Positions 20,507 through 28,247 of a stretch of 64,000 nt of DNA are shown here, piece by piece. The DNA comes from Thermoanaerobaculia bacterium (lineage in GTDB: Bacteria > Acidobacteriota > Thermoanaerobaculia > Gp7-AA8). The DNA lies in contig JADGNZ010000035.1 in the NCBI GenBank assembly GCA_017883205.1, forward strand, positions 444 to 64,443, read 5' to 3'. Below the pieces are notes generated by a model. It was not told the origin of the DNA. It made no database searches and saw only the letters and a list, made by a program, of their open reading frames with translations. Numbering within the stretch: the stretch's first letter is position 1; each line of letters opens with the position of its first letter. The translations under genes were made by a program, and so were the position numbers.

Positions 20507-21576
20507 TGCTGTTGCTCCTGTTCTTCTTCGATCTTGCGGCTGAGGGCGAGACCGAGATAGTCCACCAGCGGCGCCATGCGAGCGTACTCCATGCGCATCG
20601 GTCCGATGATGCCGACCATGCCGAGCGGAGCCGCCTGCGTTCCGTAGCGCCGCGCCACGATGCTGAAGTTGTAGACCTGCGTGAAATTGCTCTCCGATCC
20701 GATCAGGATCTGCAGACCTTCTTCGGAAAGACACGAGTTCAAGATCTCCACCAGCTTTTCCTTTTCCTGCAGAGCCAGAAAGGTTTTGCGCATGGAGACG
20801 GCGTCGGCGAACTCCGGTTTGGTGAGAATCGAAGCCGCTCCTTCGACGTAGAGCTCGTGCTCGAGTGGCGCCACGTCGTTGACGGCCTCGATGCCGAGGG
20901 TGATGGTCTTCTGCAGCATGCCGTCGTGCATGGCCCGCTCCTCCTCGGTCATCCGAATCAGGCGCCGGCGAATACTGTCGAGCCGCATCCCGCTGAACTC
21001 GCCTGTGATGAAGCGTGAGATTTTTTGCAGCTCGTCACGGGTGAACGGCAGCCGCGTCTCGATGATCTTGTTTACGACGACGCCGTTCTGCCCGACCAGG
21101 ATGCACATGATCTTGTTGTCGGCCACGCCGACGAAGTCCATGCTGCGGACCGTGAATTGCAGCAGGGTCGGCATGAAGATGACGCCAACCTGGTCGCTGA
21201 GCCTGGAAAGAACGCGAGAGGCGAGATGAAGCACTTCGTCGATTTCGTTGGCGTGACTGACCTGATCGTCGATCGTCTCGCGCTCGCGCAGCGTGAGCGT
21301 GCGCGAGCGCATGAGGTGGTCGATGAAGAAACGGTAGCCAAGATCCGTCGGCACGCGGCCGGCTGAGGTGTGAGGATGCTGCAGGTAACCGAGATCCTCG
21401 AGATCCGCCATCACGTTGCGCAGGCTGGCCGGCGAGAGTTGAAACCGCCCGCACTTCGCCAGGGTGCGCGAGCTGATGGCCTCACCCGTGGCCACGTGCT
21501 GCATGATGATCTCGCGCAGCACCTCGCGGGCGCGCGTGTCGAGATCATCACCGCTTCGATCGATATGCTGGACCAT
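20503..21576 (-). CDS. hrcA: Heat-inducible transcription repressor HrcA
   Basis: GEAISSRTLAK...ADLEDLGYLQHPHTSAGRVPTDLGYRFFIDHLM aligns with the HrcA N-terminus. Confidence 0.9.
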   Translation of the reverse strand: MVQHIDRSGDDLDTRAREVLREIIMQHVATGEAISSRTLAKCGRFQLSPASLRNVMADLEDLGYLQHPHTSAGRVPTDLGYRFFIDHLMRSRTLTLRERETIDDQVSHANEIDEVLHLASRVLSRLSDQVGVIFMPTLLQFTVRSMDFVGVADNKIMCILVGQNGVVVNKIIETRLPFTRDELQKISRFITGEFSGMRLDSIRRRLIRMTEEERAMHDGMLQKTITLGIEAVNDVAPLEHELYVEGAASILTKPEFADAVSMRKTFLALQEKEKLVEILNSCLSEEGLQILIGSESNFTQVYNFSIVARRYGTQAAPLGMVGIIGPMRMEYARMAPLVDYLGLALSRKIEEEQEQQQ

Positions 21577-21628
21577 GAGTTTGAAGGCGAGTGCGCGTAC
21601 GAGTTTGGCAGCGAATGGCCGGGCTTGT

Positions 21629-21655
21629 CTGGCAGTCTCGCCGAATGACTGCCAA
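21629..21655. promoter_or_regulatory. CIRCE-like operator (9-bp inverted repeat, 9-nt spacer) upstream of hrcA
   Basis: CTGGCAGTC-N9-GACTGCCAA compared with the CIRCE consensus TTAGCACTC-N9-GAGTGCTAA (same geometry, 6-7 of 9 arm positions shared). Located 53-79 nt upstream of the hrcA start. Confidence 0.5.
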
Positions 21656-21746
21656 CAAGCACGAGAATGTAGGAATTGCGCCGGATGGTGTCAAGATTTG
21701 CGGAGCGATGAGTGCAAGATTGAAATTGACTGGGGACCTGAATTTG

Positions 21747-22418
21747 ATGATGACACATCACATTTCGCGGCGGATCCGATCGCTCGGAGTGACAATCGTC
21801 TCTGTCATCGCGTTCGTCCTTCCGTCGGCCGCGCGTGCCGCGACGCTCGACCGGATCGCTGCCGTCATCGATCAACAGGTCCTGACCGTCAGCGAAGTCG
21901 ACCAGATGGCTGAGGTTCGTTTCATTCCGCGCATCGCCGGGCGAAGCAACGACGATTACCACCATGACATCCTCGAAGCACTGATTGCGCAAGCACTGCG
22001 GTATCGCGACGTGGAGCGCTTCGGGGCGCAGGACATCCCGAAAGACTCGATCGAAGCGCGGCTGGTGGAGATCCAGCATCGTTTTGTTCCGCCGGCTTCG
22101 CTCGACGCAGCGCTCCTCCGGGCGGAATTGACCCTCGATGAGTTGCGCGCACTCATCAAGCGTCAGTTGCAGGTGGAGGCTTACATTCAGGAGCGCTTCG
22201 CCCCGCTGATCTTCGTCGCCAATGATGACATCGCCGCGTACTACAACGGACCGTGGCGTCAGCAACGTGCCGCGAGAGGGCTTCCGGTGACGCCGCTCAA
22301 CGACGTCCGCGAAGAGATTCGCACGCTCATCCGATCACGCCAGCTCGAAGAGCAGATCGAGACGTGGACGAATCAGTTGCGGGCGCGGGCGAATGTGGAT
22401 GTGTATGCGTGGAAGTGA
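21747..22418 (+). CDS. SurA N-terminal domain-containing periplasmic chaperone-like protein
   Basis: Signal peptide MMTHHISRRIRSLGVTIVSVIAFVLPSAARA, then LDRIAAVIDQQVLTVSEV...ALIAQAL (SurA_N-like). The start is taken after the CIRCE region. Confidence 0.55.
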   Translation: MMTHHISRRIRSLGVTIVSVIAFVLPSAARAATLDRIAAVIDQQVLTVSEVDQMAEVRFIPRIAGRSNDDYHHDILEALIAQALRYRDVERFGAQDIPKDSIEARLVEIQHRFVPPASLDAALLRAELTLDELRALIKRQLQVEAYIQERFAPLIFVANDDIAAYYNGPWRQQRAARGLPVTPLNDVREEIRTLIRSRQLEEQIETWTNQLRARANVDVYAWK

Positions 22419-22424
22419 CGAATT

Positions 22425-22562
22425 GCGCTCGCTGGCGCGAGCGCGTTGTCGGTTGTCAGTTGTCGGTTGTCAGCGTGCGATATCCGGGGCCAACGCGCAA
22501 TCAGCGGCGCAGCGAGACGCTGGCAACTGGGACGGCAACCCATAACCGACAACAGACAACGC
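22425..22562. repeat. Hairpin element GTTGTCGGTTGTCAGTTGTCGGTTGTCAG...CCATAACCGACAACAGACAAC, with an adjacent GCGCTCGCTGGCGCGAGCGC palindrome
   Basis: Arms of tandem GTTGTC(G/A)G subrepeats and an imperfect reverse complement about 60 nt downstream. Confidence 0.75.
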
Positions 22563-22588
22563 GCGGCGGCGCTAGCCGCCGCGCATTT

Positions 22589-24193
22589 TCAAGGTACCGG
22601 GTTCGCGTTCTGCGTGTAGAAATCGACGGAGCCGATCTCCGTAACCAAGGCGCTGAAGTCGACGACGCGCACCGTCACGCGGTGTTTGGCGTTTGCGAGC
22701 TTCGTCGTATCGATGACGAAGTGCCATCCCGAGTTCTGACTGTTGAATAGATAGGGGTATTGCACCACAACGTCGGGACGCGGGAAACCGTACTGCGCCT
22801 TCCCCTTGAAGTCGCCGTCCACGAGGATATCGACCTCCTGGAGGGTGCTGTGTTCGGTCAGGGCCCAGCCCTGGAACGTAACCGTTCCCTTCATGAAGTC
22901 GTTGGTCTGCGGGACGTCGATGAAGCCGACGGCGGAGGCGACGCGGTCTTCCGCGCACTCGAAGAAGACGGGGATGCCATCGCGGTTCGGCAGCTCGGTG
23001 AACGTCTGCTGCTGATCGCCGACGCGCACTTTCAGCACGTGATTGCCAGGGCCTACGCCGGACGCGAGCAGCGCACCGACGTCCATCGTGAAGAGGAAGC
23101 CGGAGCGTGGCGCGTCAGGATATCCGGGGTAGTAGCGCTCCACGTCGAAGCGCGGCAGGCCGTAACAGTTCACGTAATTGCCGAAAATCGGATTGAATGC
23201 ACAGTCACCGGTCGAATACCAGATGCGGCCGTCGATCATCAGCTCGGCGTAGGCGACGCGGCCGGTGTCGGTGCGCGTGCCGAGGTCGAGAGCCCAGCCG
23301 CGGACCGGCGTGATATGCGATTGCGGATTGATGGCCGGTGAGGCCTGGGGAAATACGTTGCAACGCGTGCCGTACAGCACCGCGTCGCGGATCGGTTCAT
23401 CGATGTAGCCGAACGGTTTCAGATTGCCGCTCTCATTGAAGATCTGCACGGTGCGGCGGCCGATGAGCCGCGAGAGGCCGAGGCGGTCGGTCGCGCGCAC
23501 GTCGAGCGTGTGCACGCCATCCTGGATTCGCGTCGTATCGACGTTGGCGACGAAAGCGCTGTAGAGCGCATCGGGCCAGTCGGCAATCGTGTTGGCTACG
23601 TCCGGGCGCGGATCGCCGTACATGGCGTTCTGCACGACACCGTTGTCGATGAGCACCTCGACCTTGGCCACTCCGTCGGTGTCGAGCGCCCAGCCTGAGA
23701 CCGGGAACGAACCGGAGGCGTTGTACGTGCCGACAAGGTCGGGAATGTCGACGTTGCCGAAGGGCGATTGATTGATCGTATTGTCGACGGAGATCGTCCG
23801 GCGCCCGAGCTCAGTGACCGTGTTGTCGCTGGCGAACACGCGCACGGCGATCGTGTGTGCTCCATTCGTGAACCGGCTGGCCAGCATGCCGATCTGAAAG
23901 CCGGGCGCGATGTGCTGAATGCCGGGATAGTTCGGGTAGGACTGCTCCACATCGATGCGTGGCAGATTCGTGTTGGAGTTGACGACGAACTGATCGTCGA
24001 CGTACACGGCGATCCTCGAGATCGCCGCGGGGTCGAGGAACCACCCTTTGACGAGAATCACGCCGCTTTGCGTAACGGTCGAGTCAGGATATTCGAGCGC
24101 ACCGTGCGTCTCGACCGTTTGCGCGGTCAGCACAGGAACGACGAACGACACCACAATGGCGAGAACCAGGCCGCGGGTAACCCTTCTCCACAT
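22589..24193 (-). CDS. Secreted protein with four tandem approx 120-aa repeats (GW..D....V.VxVDG.....YG.PRPDV)
   Basis: Signal peptide MWRRVTRGLVLAIVVSFVVPVLTAQ, then four recognisable internal repeats. Confidence 0.65.
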   Translation of the reverse strand: MWRRVTRGLVLAIVVSFVVPVLTAQTVETHGALEYPDSTVTQSGVILVKGWFLDPAAISRIAVYVDDQFVVNSNTNLPRIDVEQSYPNYPGIQHIAPGFQIGMLASRFTNGAHTIAVRVFASDNTVTELGRRTISVDNTINQSPFGNVDIPDLVGTYNASGSFPVSGWALDTDGVAKVEVLIDNGVVQNAMYGDPRPDVANTIADWPDALYSAFVANVDTTRIQDGVHTLDVRATDRLGLSRLIGRRTVQIFNESGNLKPFGYIDEPIRDAVLYGTRCNVFPQASPAINPQSHITPVRGWALDLGTRTDTGRVAYAELMIDGRIWYSTGDCAFNPIFGNYVNCYGLPRFDVERYYPGYPDAPRSGFLFTMDVGALLASGVGPGNHVLKVRVGDQQQTFTELPNRDGIPVFFECAEDRVASAVGFIDVPQTNDFMKGTVTFQGWALTEHSTLQEVDILVDGDFKGKAQYGFPRPDVVVQYPYLFNSQNSGWHFVIDTTKLANAKHRVTVRVVDFSALVTEIGSVDFYTQNANPVP

Positions 24194-24263
24194 AACCCCA
24201 ACCTCCCCGAAAATAACCTTGCCCGATACTGCTCAGCCTAGGCGTGATCACGCCGATTCGTTG

Positions 24264-25277
24264 ATGAGCCGACGTTCAATCCATGGCCAGTTTGCCGGAG
24301 TTTATACTGCCGAGGTGAATTCTTCAAATATCGATGCGTCCGCTGTCACGATTGAGGATGTCCGGGAAGCCGCCATCCGCATCCAACCGTACGTCCACCG
24401 CACCCCTCTGCTGAGCAGCCGATCGCTCTCCGAGGCCATCGGCGTGGAGGTGCGTCTCAAGTGCGAAAACCTCCAGCGCGCAGGGTCGTTCAAGATCCGC
24501 GGGGCGATGAATGCGCTCCTGCAGGTGCCTGAGAACCAGCGCCGCAACGGCGTCGTGGCCTTCTCCTCCGGCAATCACGCACAAGGCGTCGCCCTCGCGG
24601 CCAGACTCCTCGGCATGAAGGCCACCATCGTGATGCCGGAGGGATCCAACCCGTCGAAGGTTGCTGCGACCGAGGCGTATGGCGCGACGGTCGTCACGTC
24701 GGGAGTCACGTCCGCGACGCGCGACACCGTCGCCCGCGACATCGCCAGCAAGAGCGGTGCGGCGGTCATCCCTCCTTTTGATGATTGGCGCATCATTGCC
24801 GGAGCCGGCACTGTCGGACTGGAGATCGTCGACGAATGGCCGGACGTGGAGACGATCGTCACACCGCTCGGCGGCGGCGGGCTGCTCTCGGGCGTCGCGA
24901 TCGCGGCGACGTCGAGCAAGCCGGACATCGCGGTCTACGGCGTCGAGCCGCGCGCCGGCAACGACGGCGAGCAGTCGTTCAAGTCCGGCCGCATCATCGC
25001 CATCGATCCGCCTAAGACGATCGCCGACGGCGCCCGAACGCTGGCCATTGGCGAGCGCAATTTTGCCGTGATCCGCGAACGGGTTCGCGACGTCGTCAGC
25101 GTCGAAGACGACGTTCTCCTCGATGCTGTGAAGTTCGCCATGTATCGAACCAAGCTCGTCATCGAGCCGACCGGTGCGCTGGGGATTGCCGCGCTGCTGT
25201 CAGGCGTGATCAAACCGAAAGGAAAGACGGCGATCGTCGTCAGCGGCGGTAATCTCGACTTCAGTCTGCTCTGCTGA
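24264..25277 (+). CDS. PLP-dependent threonine/serine dehydratase family protein
   Basis: SFKIRGA PLP-lysine motif and SSGNHAQGVA. The start is taken at MSRRSIHG; the upstream ORF overlaps a divergent gene. Confidence 0.8.
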   Translation: MSRRSIHGQFAGVYTAEVNSSNIDASAVTIEDVREAAIRIQPYVHRTPLLSSRSLSEAIGVEVRLKCENLQRAGSFKIRGAMNALLQVPENQRRNGVVAFSSGNHAQGVALAARLLGMKATIVMPEGSNPSKVAATEAYGATVVTSGVTSATRDTVARDIASKSGAAVIPPFDDWRIIAGAGTVGLEIVDEWPDVETIVTPLGGGGLLSGVAIAATSSKPDIAVYGVEPRAGNDGEQSFKSGRIIAIDPPKTIADGARTLAIGERNFAVIRERVRDVVSVEDDVLLDAVKFAMYRTKLVIEPTGALGIAALLSGVIKPKGKTAIVVSGGNLDFSLLC

Positions 25278-25315
25278 TCGATCTCTTTCACTCTTCACTC
25301 TTCACTCTTCGAATC

Positions 25316-26641
25316 ATGACCGCTTCCCTCTTCGGCGAAGACCCCTTCGAACCGCCCGCCCGCAGCGATGCGCCGCTGCCCGAGCGGCTGCGCCCACGCT
25401 CGCTCGAGGAGATCATCGGCCTCGACGAGATCCTCGGCGAGGGACGCTTCCTGCGCACGGCCATCGAGAGCGACCGGATTCCCTCGATGATCTTCTGGGG
25501 GCCGCCTGGCTCCGGGAAGACCACGCTGGCGCGGATCATCGCCAACAAGACCCGGGCGAAGTTCGTCACGTTCTCGGCCACCAGCACTGCGATCAAGGAA
25601 ATCCGCACGCTGATGGAGGAAGCGCGCCGCGAGCGGAAAGCGCGCGGGACGAAGACGATCGTCTTCATCGATGAGATCCACCGCTTCAACAAGGCGCAGC
25701 AGGACGCCTTCCTCCCTTTCGTCGAGGCCGGAGACATCATCCTCATCGGCGCCACGACCGAGAACCCGTCGTTCGAGGTGAACTCGGCGCTGCTGTCGCG
25801 GACGAAAGTCGTCGTCATCCCCGCGCTGGAGCGCGAACAGGTCATGACGATTCTGCGCCGCGCCGTCAGCGATCCCTCGGTGCGCAAATACGGCATCGAC
25901 GTCAGCGACGATGCTCTCGACTTCATGGCCGCGACCTCGGCTGGCGACGCGCGTCAGGCGCTCAACTCGCTGCAGCTCGTCGTCGAGACGGCAACGAAAG
26001 ACGACGGCGCGATCGACAAAACGAAAGTGACACAGATCCTTCAGCGCCGTTCGCTGATGTACGACAAGGGCGGCGAAGAGCACTACAACATCATCTCGGC
26101 GCTTCACAAATCGCTTCGCAACGGCGACGCCGACGCCTCGATGTACTGGCTGGTGCGCATGCTGGAGGGAGGCGAAGATCCGATGTACATCGCCCGCCGC
26201 CTCGTGCGCGCTGCTTCCGAAGACATCGGCAACGCCGACCCGCAAGCGCTGGTCTTCGCCATCGCCGTCCAGCAGACCGTCCACTTCCTCGGCATGCCGG
26301 AAGCCGGCGTCGCGCTGGGGCAACTGGTCACCTATCTTGCCGCCGCACCGAAATCGAACGCCGTCTACATCGGCTACGGCGAGGCAGTTCGCGAGGTGCG
26401 CCAGGGCGATAATCCAGGCGTCCCACTTCACATCCGCAACGCCCCCACGGGCCTCATGAAAGACCTCGGCTACGGCCGCGGCTATCAATACGCCCACGAT
26501 TTCGAAGACCAGACCGCGGCGATGGAGTGTCTTCCCGACGCATTGGCCGGCCGTCGCTTCTACGAGCCGAAGGAAGCGGGCGCCGAGGCGAAGATCAAGG
26601 CCCGGCTGGATGCGATGCGCGACGCGCGGAAGAAGAAGTGA
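25316..26641 (+). CDS. rarA: Replication-associated recombination protein A (RarA/MgsA AAA+ ATPase)
   Basis: FWGPPGSGKTTLARIIAN Walker A, IVFIDEIHRFNK Walker B, C-terminal MgsA helical domain. Confidence 0.9.
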   Translation: MTASLFGEDPFEPPARSDAPLPERLRPRSLEEIIGLDEILGEGRFLRTAIESDRIPSMIFWGPPGSGKTTLARIIANKTRAKFVTFSATSTAIKEIRTLMEEARRERKARGTKTIVFIDEIHRFNKAQQDAFLPFVEAGDIILIGATTENPSFEVNSALLSRTKVVVIPALEREQVMTILRRAVSDPSVRKYGIDVSDDALDFMAATSAGDARQALNSLQLVVETATKDDGAIDKTKVTQILQRRSLMYDKGGEEHYNIISALHKSLRNGDADASMYWLVRMLEGGEDPMYIARRLVRAASEDIGNADPQALVFAIAVQQTVHFLGMPEAGVALGQLVTYLAAAPKSNAVYIGYGEAVREVRQGDNPGVPLHIRNAPTGLMKDLGYGRGYQYAHDFEDQTAAMECLPDALAGRRFYEPKEAGAEAKIKARLDAMRDARKKK

Positions 26642-26780
26642 GCAGGCGCCGGTCATCGGTGCATTCGGAAAGCTGTAGCGGCAGCAGACCAGCGTCGGCT
26701 GTTCAGCGTGTTGGCGGCGCCCCTCGTTCACCGGCTGTATACTGCGATACCTCCATCCCATTCAGGAAACTGCGACTTCC

Positions 26781-28247
26781 ATGAGCTTCACGCGAGACGC
26801 TTTCATCAGCTACGCCCACATCGACAACGAACCTCTCCCTGATGAGAAGGAAGGGTGGGTGACTGTCTTCGACAAGGCGCTTCGACAGGTGCTCAGCCGT
26901 TACACGGGCAAGGATGCGAACATCTGGCGGGACGAGAAGCTGCAGGGGAATGACGTCTTCTCCGATGAGATCCTCAGCCAGTTCCCCGAGACGGCCGTGC
27001 TCGTGTCCGTCCTGTCGCCGCGCTATCTGAAATCGGAATGGTGCAGCAAGGAGATGACTCAGTTTTACGAGATCGCGGAGAAATCGGGCGGCATCATCAT
27101 CGGCAACAAGTGCCGCATCTTCAAAATCATCAAGACACCGTTCGGAAGAGACGAGTCCCTGCCGCCAGAAGTGGCGGGAGTGCTTGGACGCATTCTCGGC
27201 TACGAGTTCTATCACCTCGACGCCGACAACACGCCGCAAGAGCTCGACCCCGCTTATGGCGATTCGGCACGCCAGGATTTCCTGAAGTCCGTGACACGGG
27301 TGGCCTGGCACATCAAGGAGTTGCTCGATGTGATGTCGAGTGCGCCCGCGGCTGGAAAGGCCAGGCCATCGATCTACCTCGCAGAGTGCACGCGTGACCA
27401 GCGCGACGCGCGCTCAACTCTCGAGGGGGAGCTGAAGCGCCTCGGATACGACATCCTTCCCGATTCCCAGCTCCCCACCGACTCAGTGGAGTACGTCGCT
27501 GAGGTCGAAAAGCAGCTCCAGCAGTGCGATCTGTCGATCCATCTCGTCGGCAGCAGCTACGGTGCCGTGCCTGACGGAACCGATCAGTCGGTGGTCGCAC
27601 TGCAGAACGCATCGGCCGTCGGCGTCAGTAGGAAGAGCGGTCTTGCCCGCGTCATCTCCGTCCCGGCGGATTTGCAGACCACCGATCCGCGCCAACAGGC
27701 TTTCATCACCGCGCTGCATGAGGATGCCGGCTTACAGTTCGGCGCGGACCTCATCACCGGCGGGATCGAGGATCTGAAGAGCGCCGTGCTGGCGGCACTT
27801 GCCCGGGTCGAGCGAGCTACCAGCATTCCCGTTGCCGGCGCAGATAAGACGCTGGTCTACGTGATCTGCGACCCTCGTGACGTTCAAGCCACCATACCGT
27901 TGGCAAAGAGTCTCGTCGCCCGCGGCATGAGAGTCGAGCTGACGGTTTTCGACGGCGACGCGGCGGCTGTGCGCGAAGCGAATGAACAGCTCATGACGAC
28001 TGCCGGCGCGATCGTTCTCTTCTGGGGCGCCGGCGACGACACATGGCGCGCCTACCAGCAGAGTGATATCCGCAAGAACCAGGGTGCACGCCGCGACAAC
28101 CCGCCGAAGACGATCACGTACGTCGCCGGGCCCGCGACGAGCAAGAAGCAGTTTCTTCTGCAAACCGAAGCCGGCGTCATCGACGCCTCGAGCGCTCCCG
28201 AGGAGCAGGCGATCGCGGCTCTTGCCAAGGCGCTGGGGCTTACGTGA
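26781..28247 (+). CDS. TIR-domain protein with two additional C-terminal Rossmann/flavodoxin-like modules
   Basis: N-terminal DAFISYAHIDNE...IWRDE...AVLVSVLSPRYLKSEWCSKEM matches the TIR betaA/alphaC motifs. Further modules start at SIYLAECTRD and TLVYVICDPRD. The stop overlaps the downstream start (GTGATG). Confidence 0.8.
   Translation: MSFTRDAFISYAHIDNEPLPDEKEGWVTVFDKALRQVLSRYTGKDANIWRDEKLQGNDVFSDEILSQFPETAVLVSVLSPRYLKSEWCSKEMTQFYEIAEKSGGIIIGNKCRIFKIIKTPFGRDESLPPEVAGVLGRILGYEFYHLDADNTPQELDPAYGDSARQDFLKSVTRVAWHIKELLDVMSSAPAAGKARPSIYLAECTRDQRDARSTLEGELKRLGYDILPDSQLPTDSVEYVAEVEKQLQQCDLSIHLVGSSYGAVPDGTDQSVVALQNASAVGVSRKSGLARVISVPADLQTTDPRQQAFITALHEDAGLQFGADLITGGIEDLKSAVLAALARVERATSIPVAGADKTLVYVICDPRDVQATIPLAKSLVARGMRVELTVFDGDAAAVREANEQLMTTAGAIVLFWGAGDDTWRAYQQSDIRKNQGARRDNPPKTITYVAGPATSKKQFLLQTEAGVIDASSAPEEQAIAALAKALGLT

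Noticed and set aside
19904-20734. 276-aa form of grpE
   Set aside because: It would overlap hrcA by 230 nt. A GTG start overlapping the hrcA stop gives a normal-length GrpE.
25285-25315. CACTCT x3 microsatellite between the threonine dehydratase gene and rarA
   Set aside because: Too short to interpret. It is probably a trivial simple repeat.
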